A stretch of 58,202 bases of DNA, filler included, from Basidioascus undulatus (Eukaryota), in NCBI GenBank assembly GCA_000826855.1. It is 5 parts of 5 records of this genome, joined end to end, with 100 filler letters (N's around TTAATTAATTAA, not from the genome) between each part and the next. Parts side by side here need not be neighbours in the genome. Positions count along the whole stretch, not along the records: positions 11,718 to 23,273 come from JTLS01000995.1; positions 23,374 to 34,925 come from JTLS01000996.1; 3 more parts are not named here. One strand, given 5' to 3'. Below, piece by piece: positions 11,718 through 23,418 of the stretch. The translations under genes and the position numbers were made by a program. Each line of letters starts with the position of its first letter. The stretch's first letter is position 1. The notes under the pieces were generated by a model. The model saw only the letters and a program-made list of their open reading frames with translations. It searched no databases and was not told the DNA's origin.

Positions 11718-14068
11718 CCCCGCCCTGCCCTGCCCCTTGCCCTTCCCTCCCTTGCCCTTCCCGCTCCCGCTCGTCTTTACGTCCTCCCCCCAGTCGCCGG
11801 CCATGTCGTCGAAGAGAGCGTGCATCTCGGCGGGCAGGAGCTTGCGCGCGAGAGTCTGGAGGGGCTGGCGCGGGGTGATTAGGCCCTGCCTGCCGGTGGC
11901 GGGAAGGGCATGGTCAGTTTGTCGTGAACGGTAAACGGGAAACAGCGGGAGGAGGAAGGGAGAGGAAGGGAAAGAGATAGAGGAGAGGAGGGAGAGGCGA
12001 GGAGAAGAGGGAGGTGGGAAGGAGGGGAGAAAGAAGGAGGGAAAGGACCTACTGCTTCAAAACATCCACCACATCCTCCTCCCTCAAACTCGACGTCCTT
12101 CCCTTGGCGAGCGCAACCTCGCCCATCTGCTCGCAGAGCTGCTCCAAATAATCATACGCGCTGTTCACGCCCGACACCATCCACCATCACACCACCATTT
12201 CCTCAGTCAGCTGCTGCTCAGCAATCTCCCCAGAATCGAGGAATCAGAATGCGAGGCGGGAGGATGGGAGGGAGCGGAGGGAGAACGGGGGAAGAAGCTA
12301 CCCACTTATCGATAACACCCTCCAGCCCTTCCTTTTCCACAGAGATCTTCCGCCCCGTCTGCCCCTCGTTCAAGAAGCGCTCAAACACGCGCTTGAGGAA
12401 CGCGTGCGGGAGGTCGGGCAGGAGCGCGCCGGACTTGGTATACCTGATTTCTCTTTCCCGGCTACATCAGTATCATTACGATGGAGGGTGGCGGGGGAAG
12501 GAGTGGGGAGGGGAGAGGGAAAGGTGGAGAGGGGTAGAGGGGAGAAGGGGATGAAGACCGGGGGACGCACCGAGGGGGCCGCTTGCCCCGCGTGGTGGTG
12601 GAAGGGCGCGCGACGGCCGGCTGCTTGCCTTTGGCCTTTTCGGAGAGGCCTGCTGGGGCGCTGCGGGTGATGAAGCGGATCAGAGCGTCAGTGGGTCCGC
12701 GGCGCAAGAATAGGTGTGGACGCGACGTACGAAGTGCCCTCTTCCATCTCCATCTCTCCCTCCGCCCCTGCCGGGCCCTCCTCGTCCTCCCACTCGTCCT
12801 CTCCCCCTTCCGCTCCACCCTCCCCCTCGCCCGGCAGTTGCTGATCATCATACCCCCCGCCATCGCCGTCCATAGCCGGCCATTCGTCCTCCACCGGCGC
12901 AGGCGCGGGCGCGGGTCCGCCGTCGTCGTCGTCGTCATTGGAGCGCGTGAAGAACGACGCCTCGGCCGCGGCGCTCGTATCGTGCGCGTGGCCCGCGGTC
13001 GTGTCGAGGAGGGAGTCGAACTCTTCGCGGTCGGCTGTGCGGTCGGCTGGGTGCGCGGTGGACGCTGTGGAGAGGCGGGAGGCCGCGTGGATGGATGTGT
13101 CGCTGCCGGTCAGTCCGCTCGTTCAGTCTCACGCGCTATTGGAAAGGAAGAAAGTGGTAGAGAGACTACGCACGCGACCGGCGCGACGTCCTCCTCCTCC
13201 ACAAAGCTGAGCCCGTCGATCTCGCCCTCCCCCTCCTCGCCCAGCACGCCTCCCCCAAAGCTGCTCCTCGCCCCAATGCTCCCCCGGGCCATGGCGCCGG
13301 GCGGTAGGTCACGCCGCCCCATCTCGCTCTCCGCGACGCTGCTCGCGGGGGAAGCGCTGACGGGCCGGTGCTGCTTCCAGTAGTCCGACACGCTCACGGG
13401 CGAGTCGAACGCGATCGACCCTGCCGAGGAAGGGGCAGCCGGCGCGCCCCCGGGGAAGAGCCGGGCGGGGATGGGCGTCTTGAGAGAGGAGGCGGTGGAG
13501 GAGGCGGTGGAGGAGGCGGCGGAGGGGGGCGCGGAGGACCGGGAGGGCGCGGAGAGCGGGCGCGGGGTCGCGAAGGTCTGCTTGGAGGAGGACGCGGCGG
13601 CGGCGGAGGCGAACGCGGTGGCGGTGTCGCTTGCTGAAGCGGGGCGAGAGGACGGCCCGGGGAGCGCGGGAGCTTGGACAGGGGTGGGCGCTGGGACGCC
13701 GGGGGCTGTTCCGTTCCTCCCATTTGCATAAGCCCCGCTTCAACCACGTCTTAACAAGCCAAGCACGCACCTCTTGTCAAAGCCCTCAACAGATCCCTCG
13801 GCGTCTCCCTCCTCTCCTCCGTCTGCCCTGCAGCAGGGACCCTCGGCGTCGGTCGCGGACCCACAAGACCCTTCGCGCCCCTCGGCGTGCGGCCGCCGGT
13901 CGGGGGCGGGCCCATTGTCGTGCGCTGGCGCGAGGGCGTCGGGATGGGCGGGTAGATCGTCGTCGGCGCGGGGGAACGCCGCTTGGACGCGGACACGGCA
14001 TTCGAGGGCGAGCCGGGCCGCTTGGAGGGCGTCGTGCTCGGTGGGGGAGGAGGAGGGGGTGGGTCCAT
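11718..14068 (-). CDS. CENPT: CENP-T/Cnp20-like kinetochore protein (C-terminal histone fold), 3' end truncated
   Basis: N-terminal ETPRDLLRALTR motif and a long disordered S/P- then D/E-rich middle. C-terminal YTKSGALLPDLPHAFLKRVFERFL...ISVEKEGLEGVIDK.AYDYLEQLCEQMGEVALAKGRTSSLREEDVVDVLKQQGLITPRQPLQTLARKLLPAE resembles the CENP-T histone fold and extension. Confidence 0.72.
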
Positions 14069-15695
14069 CTTGCGGTGATGGTGGTGCTGATGGGGTGATG
14101 GTGAGAGTAAGAGAGAGGCGAGGAGGGAACAGGCAGTAGATGGGCGGAGCGGAACAAGCTGAGAGACGCGTGAGGTGCTGTGCATCCAGACGCGTCTCGG
14201 ATGCAAGCGTGTATCGCAAAGTCGCAGTCCAGTTTCCATCCGTCCGTCTGAACAGTGATGAAAAAAATCACAGACGCCAAAGAACAAGGGAGAAAGTGCA
14301 AGTTCCTTCTTCAACGCAGACATTATTGCATAAAAATTCTACATATGTGCGTCCACAAACCTGGTGTCACGGGTGTAGCGGTTATGCCTGGAACCAGCTC
14401 GCCTGGGGTTTCAGGATGTCCATTCCTTACAAAGGATACTTCGGCGACAAGCGAGCAAACACCATACTGCGCCAAATCTTGAAGACTGCCGAAAGGCAGG
14501 ACAAAACAGCTCTGTTGGACCGAGAACAAGGGCGACAGCCTTTTGCTGCAGGAGACGAGTCGTTTTTGCTGGTTGAACGAGGAGCTACCTCGGTTGTATA
14601 CCCCTCGCCCCCCTTCGTGTTGTTCATGTCGACTGGGAGGCTTTGGTACGAAAGTGCGGAAGCACGAGACATGCTTCCCTGCCAAGGTTGCGGACTTCGA
14701 TTCCAATCGGGAGCGGGCCACCCTGGACCTCGCAGTGTCCCCCTCGCGTGGTCCACCAACGGGCCCACAAACACATTTTCTTGCTCACATCACTGCTAGT
14801 TTTCCTTGCATCAGCCAGAAATTCGCTTTCTGTTCTTCTTCCTTCTTCCAGGTCTGTCCGGCGGGCAAAGTGTGGACGATCATGGCAGGGCTGGCGGGGA
14901 GTGACACTGGTTCGAATCTCGCTGCGAGCTGCCAGCGGGTGGGGCTGATCAGCGACTCTCAAAGCAACCACCACAAGCGGCCTCAGATACAATGGGCAAT
15001 CTTTCTGATAGTTTTTTGGGACAAAGATATACACGCACTGTAACCTAAGTTCGTTCCCAACAGCGCTCTTGAGAAGGCAAAAAGGTGATTGACATTTCGC
15101 TGTGAGAGCGAGAGGCAGCGAGCCTGTGGTAGCCTTAATCTCATAATTATTTACACGCATAAAACTCTATTTTGCATAAAAGAGACTGGGCAAACGTCAA
15201 CATGCGCAATCAAGCGTACGGGGATGTCCCTGTATGCGTGCCAGAGAGTCAGCGGACAAGCACCACTACGGCGTCAATGGGAGGGAAAATGATAAGAACA
15301 GCCGCTGTTATCTCAAATCCAGCAGTACAGGTCCATATAAGAGCAGACATTGAAGGTTGACAGCTAAAGTGGCCCTCTGCCGACGGCCGCCGCTGAAATA
15401 GGAAAGACTCCTTCCTTGGCACTGCTGCTCGCAGAGGCAGCAAACCGCAGATCCGAAGTAGCTCGAGAAGTTGAGTGCAAGGTGGCGCTTCCATGTTAGA
15501 GCGAGAGGTCGGCGAGAGGGCGCTGACTTGACTTCGCTGAAGTTCGCCTTTCAAGAGACACAAAGCACGACAACCAATGAGTCACGCGGTCTCGCTTCGA
15601 GACATAAAACGCCTGTTCCTTCAGCCCAGCACGCGCACTGAGCGTCTCAATCAACCAGTCCCCGTGCATCCTGCCCTCCTTCCTCTTCCACCCCG

Positions 15696-16620
15696 CTACT
15701 TCGCCTCCGCGACCTCCCCACACTCCGGACACCTCCTCTTCCCCTCGTCGTCCATCCACGCATTGATAAGCGGCTTGAGCTGCGTCCCCAAGTTTGTGCA
15801 GTGGAACGCGTCCTCCCTGATCACTGTCGGCGCGTCGTGCTTGCCCGACTTGCAGTACCAGCGCAGGCGGTCTACCCTCGCCCCAGCCCCCTCCGTCTCA
15901 ACTTCCTCTTCGTGTGAGAAACATAAGAAAGAGGAAGATGTGACGCACCGTTAGAGGATTCCGGCCGGACACGCTCCACGACGATACCCACCGTGTCCGC
16001 GAAGCGGACGGGGTTGTGCGGGGTGTTTGCTGGGTTCTTGGACGAGTGAGAATGGGCGGTGGGACAAAGAGGGTGAAATGGAATAGGACGTACCGGGAAG
16101 GAGGAACATCTCTCCCTCGCAGATCGGGATGTCCCTGAACACCCCCTCGTCCACCACGCGCAGCAACATGTCCCCCTGCGTCCGCCCATCCCGCTCCCGT
16201 CAGCGGCGCGCGCACCCGCAAGCCCCAGCAATGCCGTCAGAGCTAGCGCAGATGACGCAGGGCACCTTGTACTGATAGAACCATTCCTCCGTCTACCTCC
16301 CTCCCTGCTCCGTGAGCGAGATCCTCTAGGACTCGAGATGAAGGCGGCAGACGCACCTCGTTCACATGGTAGTCATTCCGGCTATTCGGGCCGCCCACAA
16401 TCATGACGATGTAGTCCTGCGCTCCTCCCCACCTCAATCAGCGCCTTTCGCCCTCCGAGAAGAAGGGCCCACCTTCCCCGTATAGGCACAGAAGTTCCCG
16501 ACGGGCGGCTTGAGGAGGTGGCCGTTCTCCTTGAGCCACTTGGGGACTGATCGACCGGGTTAGTTGCGAGCGCCTTGCGATTGAGAGGAGAGACTCACTG
16601 TTGATGGGAGACGCGAGCAT
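15696..16620 (-). CDS. BNA1: 3-hydroxyanthranilate 3,4-dioxygenase
   Basis: [84 protein letters not shown]. Confidence 0.96.
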
Positions 16621-17033
16621 TTTTCTTGGATTATTAGGAGGATGGAAGATGGAAGAGGGCGGGAAGATGGGTGTGCTTGCTGAGCAGCGAGATTGCGGGG
16701 AGTCGGGCCGGGCGAGTCGGCCGGCTGTTCGGCAAGCCTTGGGCCTCGTGAAGTGTGAATGAAGCGTAGCTCAAGGAGAGTCCTCAACAGCAGCTTGGTG
16801 TGCTTTGCATGGGGGATAAAAATATGTGCAATGAGCGGCTGGATTAGTGCTGGTTATCAGTCGGCGAGGCCAAGATTGGCAAGTAGATGTTTGAGTTGTG
16901 ACACAACCGACGTGCATTCGCAGTCGACCATCCTTACATTGTTACACGCTGTTTCAGCTGAAAAACGACCAAGACTGCATGCATCGCAAACTGCAGAAAT
17001 CACAAAGCTTTGGAAGACATGGTTAGAAAGCTA

Positions 17034-18074
17034 TTAAGCCCTCTTTGCCGCAACGTAGCTCGCCCCCCACACCGTCTTGAGCCCCTCCCCCCGCACCTCC
17101 GCCTTGATAGCATCTCCCAGCGCCTTGACCTTTTCCGGGCCTGGCTCCATCCCCTCGCGAACAGAGACCTCGAGCATGCTGTCCATGAGGCTATCGATCA
17201 TGGCAATCATCTTGCAGCCGATCGCTTTCTGCTTGGGGTCTGCGTTCCTTGGCCTTTAGCCTGTTTCTTCGTCGGATAAGAATCAGGACAATCTTACTTT
17301 CCGGCTACTCTCCAACAGGGAGCTCGACGTCCCGCCGCTCCATGTCCTCCCACCCGCCCGCATTGTGCAGCATGCCCTCGAGCTTCTCCCCGAGGCGCAG
17401 GTCCATCCCGTAATGCTCCGAGTACTTGATCCACATCTGGATGGCGGGTCCCCCGCTCTTCTCGAACGTGTACATTCTCGTCTCGCAGAGGAGGAGGAGC
17501 CCGTCGGAGCGGAGCAGCGGCTGCAGCGAGCGGATGAGCGCGGGGAAGTCGCGGATCTGCGAAGGGTGGTACAAAGCAACAAGTCAACCCGAAGCTTTCC
17601 TAGAAGCAGAACAAGGAGGATGGCTTACCCCATGGGCGAGGAAGCGGACGTTGATCAGAGCGAATGTGCCTGGCTCGAAGTCGGCCGTGGACGGGAAAGG
17701 CGAACGCACGTCGTGCACGACGAAAGAGACGTTCGTCGGAGCCTGCTGCCTGCATGAATCCGACACTTTTTGTCTTCAGCCTCAGAAAGTAAACCAGAAT
17801 CACATTTGCTGTACGCACGTAGGCTGAACGGGGTACGATGTCCGTGCCGATAATGCGGACGTCGGGGTGCTGCTTCGCGAGCTCGATCGCCCTTTCCCCG
17901 TCGTAGCGTCAGCCGAAGCTCTCTAGAAGCCTTCATAAATCATGCCTACCAGACCCCAGTGCCCGTCCCGACGTCCAGAACCTTCGCTCCCTCGCCCAAG
18001 ACGGTTACGAACGCAGCGGTGTGCAGTCTGCCTCCGATCGCGAGGATGTACGCCTCGTGCTGGACGTCCAACCG
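17034..18074 (-). pseudogene. LaeA/TAM-like SAM-dependent methyltransferase, 5'-truncated, with a premature stop
   Basis: RLDVQHEAY...[35 protein letters not shown]...NVSFVVHDV...LINVRFL. In-frame TAG at 17305-17307 in PVGE*PE, where Trp is expected. Splice sites are intact but the N-terminus is absent. Confidence 0.8.
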
Positions 18075-18565
18075 GGTGCACGGAGAACGTGTCCTCGTAC
18101 GGTCCACAAGGCGAGGCATGCGTGCGCGAACGTGCAGCTGGCCAGTCGGCCGGTAACGTTCATTGCCGCGCCGCGAGCTTGTACTCTGTTGTGTCCCATG
18201 CGCGCGTCACCGACGTCGGCTCTCTACAAGATTCGTGAGAAGCAAGTCTGGAGCATACCGAGGTCCTGCAGCTATTGCACGAGGTTGCCCCACATCCCGT
18301 TGGGCCCGACACTCTTGATCAAGTACGCGACGCTGCCCAAGCCGTTGTCCTTGATGAGGTCCGCGCGAATGGGGAAGTTTCTGGTTCCGAACACAGGAAC
18401 GTCAGTCATCATCTTCCTGTAGTCCTAGTGAAACTTGGTGAGGCGACCTACGGCGGCAAGTGGCAGTCGTTGTCGATCGTGAGGAGGTACTTCTGCTTGA
18501 TCACCGCGCAACCGACCAGCTGCGCGACTATCTTGCTGCCGATCGGGGACCAGGTGAAGTTGACG
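18073..18565 (-). pseudogene. Fungal GT2 glycosyltransferase internal fragment
   Basis: VNFTWSPIGSKIVAQLVGC...LLTIDNDCHLPPNFPI...AYLIKSVGPNG...Q*LQDLEYKLA..Q*...GRLASCTFAHACLALW..EDTFSVHP. Two retained introns, stops at 18272-18274 and 18160-18162, and frameshifts. Confidence 0.75.
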
Positions 18566-19346
18566 CTGTGAGGTGCGGATGGAGGTGTTGCCTATTTGTG
18601 TTGGAGGGGTGTGGAGGTCGGGGGTGATAAGACTGCGAGATGACGACAGCTCTTTTCTTTGGCGATCTGATGATTTGGGCTGTACGTGCCCATTATTATT
18701 GGACATAGGCATATGCAAGTATTGAGTGTGTTGGTGTGTGTTGAGGACATAATACCGCCCATGTGCGTAGAACGTCGAAGCCTGAAGGGAAGAGCGAGGT
18801 TGAGCGAGAACAGCCATTCCCTCCAAGTGCTCCCGCCGGGTGTACTGGCACCGGCTCGTCTCCTCCTTGCTCTCAACTTGGTCCGAGTAACCAAGGTCAG
18901 TTCAGTGTGGTTGCAAAGTTCTTCGATGGGTCCCTACCTGGAACTGGATCTGACCAGGTGTCGGGCAATAGTCATTTTTATTGTTGAAAACTAGCAGGGC
19001 CCCCGAGTTGAATGCCCTCCACGAATAATGTGCCCAGCTTCAAGCCCTCTTTTGTTCTCTGTTTCTTTTCCGCCACTCCATGACAGGGAATGAACCCTCT
19101 GATTTTTCGACTATAATTGAGACCAGAATGTAAGACAAGCTGGCTTATCTGCACCGCAGTGGCTGCCACAGTCGGAGCCTATGGTCCTCGGCCATATCAC
19201 AAAGACTGCAACCAGAACTCGTCTTCTTCCTTCATTCCGCACTGGCTGATCATTTCTAACAGGCTGGGACATACATCTGTGAAGTATTATATTCTTTTGC
19301 AGGTGTAAGTCAAGCGTCTCTAGAAGCCAGTATCCATATTCCGTCT

Positions 19347-19958
19347 TCAGACAGTCGGGGCGCTGTCGTCAATGTCCTCCAAATGCCCCTCCCCTCGTAG
19401 ATCTCGTCGATGTTTGCCTGCTCAGGCAAAATATGCCTTTCTATCTGCGTCCCAATCCGTCCTAATTTGCGTCCCAGTCTTGGCGAGCTCGCGCCAACGC
19501 TCAAAGTCCGCCGGGTTGCGCTTGTCGCCGTGCGCCGCGCGCCTTCTCAGGGAAGTCCCAGGGAAGTCCCAGTGGCCTGCGACCCCACCGTGCGGCATGG
19601 TCAGCGGACCTTCCACCCATACTGGAGTGTGGATGAGGAAGTTAGAACCTTTTGAAAAGGCCATGAAAGTCGTGATCCGCTTTTGTGGAAGGTCGACGAT
19701 GATCGAGACGATCGTACCGGTCTCTGAAAGGACAGCCGAGAAATGCTAGAGGTTAGCCTCAAAGTGGAGTCACAGACTGCACATCGTCTTCCGACGCACC
19801 CTCCAGCCAGGAGATCTGGAAGATCGCGCTCTTGCGGACTTCTTGGACGTGGCACCTGAAGAGGTGAGGGTCATGCTAAGCCTTCATCGCTGAAGAGACG
19901 CTGTAGGGCGAGCAGATACGTCTGGTAGTTCAGTCGGCCCGCCATCGGTCCACCGTTG
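19347..19958 (-). pseudogene. Cofactor-free phenolic acid decarboxylase (PAD-type) remnant lacking its N-terminus
   Basis: GGPMAGRLNYQT, FQISWLEETGTIVSIIVDLPQKRITTFMAFSKGHW, AHGDKRNPADFERWRELAK, EQANIDEIYEGRG. Three introns, plus insertions and frameshifts. Confidence 0.82.
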
Positions 19959-21223
19959 CTGCACAGCGTCACGAGTGGTCAGCCCAAAGCACAGTGTATA
20001 TGGACTCAACAGCGCTCGCCGCGGTGTTCGAAGTGTCTGGGCATATGCAGCAGGTTAAGGTGAAAGCAAGAGTTGAGATCAAAAGCGACCTTCCCCATGA
20101 GAGGCCGCCTTCATAGAGGCCAGCATCCCGACAAGGCTGGAAGCCCCCGCATAGCGGGCGGAAGTTTGTGTTGCCGACCATCGGGCACCGTCATTGGCTC
20201 ACCCATGACAGCGACAACTACGACGGGCGACTCCCTTCCGAGCTCCGAGTCGGCGAGGAGTTCTCGAGCATGGTGGAGCACGTGTTCTAATGTGAATGTT
20301 TACATGTAGAAGACAGGAAGGCGGGGCATGAAGAGCGGACTGGGGCCGCCCGGAGTCCTTCACGCGGAAAATGCCAGCCGAGCGGCCTGCAACAGCGCGT
20401 CCTTCTTAACGAGCCTTCGGATGGCCCCTCGGAGCGGCAACATGACGGGCCTGGGCTTATGAAAACGACCTATTTTCATGCAGGGCTTGGTAAAACTTGG
20501 AGTGTTGCGAGACCTGTTGTTACGGACCACAGCGAGAGAACCCCCATGGCAGGCGTCTCACTGACCACGTCTTAATGAAATCTGATACGGTTGCGTGCTG
20601 CTCTTGCTTGTCTGGACTGAGCAAACACAGGAAGATTCCCAGTATACCAGGTGTTTGCCATGGGCACAGGGCTCTTGTTAAGCTCGCATGGCAAGTCAGA
20701 TCATCGTGGACCACTGCACTGTCCCGGGCTGCAAGTCAACTTCTTCTTCACACTCTACACACAGGGCGCAAACGTCCAGATAATACCGAACTATCTTTGT
20801 AGACACTAGGCCTGGGCAGACTGCCATAGACGTCGGAAGGTGAGCAGAGTTCAATCGGAGATGGTGGCAGCCTGCCGTGCGATCTATGCCAGTGGGCATC
20901 GTGCTACACACTTACGGAGTGTTCGGCGAGAATGTGCTGGGATCGAAACCTTACAATGTTTTGTGACAACCAGCTGCGTGCTCTACAGCTTCGTCCTCTT
21001 CGTCCTTCGTACGGGCATGCAGAGGATTCAGAGGAACGACAGTCGAACGCTGGCTGTCACCTGTCACGAGTCAGGGATTCCCGCGCAAACTTGGGCAGCT
21101 GAATTCGCCGTTCGACTTCTCAGCTTCGCCATTGCCAACGACCATCTCGCTCCTTCTCCCCGGCGCCTGCTGCTACATCTCCCAGTCCCCAACGCGACAC
21201 CTCATTCCAGCCCCCAATTCAGC

Positions 21224-22610
21224 ATGGTCCGCCCCTTCCCTGACCACTTCCTTCCGCCACCGCTCACACCTCACCGTGCAGATTCGCCGGCAAGCCCGCG
21301 AGCGGCGCGAGTACATCTACCGCAAATCGCTCGAGGCGCAGGAGCGCCAGACGTGGGAGCGCAAGCAGAAGCTCAAGGATGCGCTCGCGGGAGGGAAGCA
21401 TCTCCCGACCGAGCTGCAGAAGGACGCGGCCGCGCTAGGGAAGGAGCTGAAGTTTGATGAGGCGCAGGCCGGTGAGTCGGGGTTCTGAACATGCGTCCGG
21501 GGGCACTTGGAGGGACGACAGTGTGGTACTGGGGATCGAAGCCATGGGAAGAGGTGGATCTGGCTCTGGAGGTCTGGCGTTATGGTCCCAGACTCCTGCA
21601 CGAAGGGGCACCCGGACCGCCGCACTCTCTCCCTCGATCTTCCGCTCACTTACCCTCCTCCCTAGAACCGACATCGCACATCGACGACGAGTACGCGCGC
21701 GCGGGGACGTACGACCCCAAGGTGGTCATCACGACCTCGCGCGACCCGTCCTCGCGCCTCCTCCAGTTCGCAAAGGAGATGCGCCTCGTCTTCCCCAATT
21801 CGCACCGCATCAACCGCGGCAACTACATCGTAAAAGAGATCGCAGACGCGTGCCGGGCGAACGAGGTCACAGACCTGATTGTGCTGCACGAGACGCGTGG
21901 GCGGCCAGGTACGCCCACTCTTCCCCCTCACCACCACCTTCCCTCCCCTCCGGCATGCTTAACTGGGGGATTGGGTATCGGGCAGACGCGCTCCTGCTCT
22001 CGCACTTCCCGCACGGCCCGACGCTCCTCTTCACGCTCCACAACGTTTCCCTCCGGCACGACATCGCGTCCTCCCTGTCCTCGACTGTCTCGGAGCAGTA
22101 CCCACACCTCATCTTCGAAAAGTTCACGTCCAAGCTCGGCGCGCGCGTCGCCACCGCGCTCAAGCACCTCTTCCCCGTCCCAAAAGAGGACAGCAAGCGC
22201 GTCATGACGTTCGTCAACGACGCAGACTTTATCAGCTTCCGGTGCGCCTGTCCGGCCTTGTTTTGGGAGGGAGGAGGAGAAGGCTGATGAAGAGGAGGGA
22301 TGGGACAGGCATCATGTGTTTGTCAAGACGAGCCACAAGGAGGTGCAGCTTGCGGAGGTGGGCCCGCGATTCGAGATGCGGCGTGAGTGGTATCCCTTCC
22401 CCTAGTTCTCAACTTGCTTGCTCAACTGCCGCCGCTGCAGCATACGAGATCAAGCAGGGCACGATCGAGCAGACGGAGGCGGACGTCGAGTGGGTCTTGC
22501 GGCCGTATCAGCGTACGTGACTCAGCGCTCTTCTTCTGCTTTAATAGGGATGATCGTGCTGACTGTAACTCGCTGCTACAGGCACGGCCTCGAAGCGCCG
22601 GAATCTCTAG
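21224..22610 (+). CDS. IMP4: U3 snoRNP protein Imp4 (Brix domain)
   Basis: [88 protein letters not shown]. Ends KRRNL-TAG. Confidence 0.96.
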
Positions 22611-22864
22611 ATGCGTTATATTTGGCTCGGCGCTGCTCGGTGCTCCCGGTTGTATCATTAGCTTTCACGTCGTTCTGGCGTTGTATTACCTTGTTTGGCA
22701 CGACGCCGGTGCTCGGCCCTTGTCTGACGACTGACTGTCTGCCATCCCGCTCACTGACCTCCACATTTGCGCTGTGCATTTCGCGCTTCTGTTGTTCATT
22801 CGTCTCGACCATCGTGTCATTCATTACTCATTACCCGTCGCCCTGCCTCCCCCCGTCCCTCACT

Positions 22865-23273
22865 TCAATACCCCGGCAGCAGGCTTGTCGTCGGCGTATT
22901 ATCCCAGTTCGCCACCCCTGCCCTCTTCCACAGCCCCCTCACCTCCTTCGTCTCGCTCAGCGCGATCCTCACGCGGTTCGCAACGAGCAGCACGAACGCC
23001 ACCTCCGCGGGGAGCTCGTCCTCGTCCTCGAGGAGGAGCATCGCCGGCTCGCGGTCAAATATGTGCTTGTGTCCGTCTCGGAACGCCGCTAGCGGGGGGC
23101 CGGCGGGGAGGCGGTGGATCTATCTCCCCCCAACACCTTACATACATCAATTGTCCCTTCCTGCGTAAAGGGAGCGTGGAACTGCCAGAGACTCACATTG
23201 CCTGCAACATACGCATACACCCTCCCTTCCCCCGTATGCCGCATCCCAAATAGCCCCGCCTCCTCCCGCACTT
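22865..23273 (-). CDS. 3' end of a hypothetical protein (truncated at contig end)
   Basis: Two exons joined by a GTGAGT...TAG intron. Last exon reads IHRLPAGPPLAAFRDGHKHIFDREPAMLLLEDEDELPAEVAFVLLVANRVRI...LLPGY-stop. Confidence 0.55.
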
Positions 23274-23373
23274 NNNNNNNNNNNNNNNNNNNNNNNNNNN
23301 NNNNNNNNNNNNNNNNNTTAATTAATTAANNNNNNNNNNNNNNNNNNNNNNNNNNNNNNNNNNNNNNNNNNNN
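23274..23373. other. Artificial contig spacer
   Basis: 44 N + TTAATTAATTAA + 44 N. Confidence 0.97.
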
Positions 23374-23418
23374 GGGGAGATGGGGACTGATAGAATGCGG
23401 TGGGGGGGGGGATGACAG

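Noticed and set aside
14140..15160. 219-aa and overlapping ORFs between the CENP-T-like gene and BNA1
   Set aside because: No recognisable motif or consistent splice structure; a BLASTx would be needed to support a gene call.
17305..17307. TAG at a conserved Trp as an A-to-I editing-restored codon
   Set aside because: Such restorative editing is established mainly in filamentous ascomycete sexual stages. Here the gene is also 5'-truncated and flanked by other nonsense-bearing fragments, so ordinary decay is simpler.
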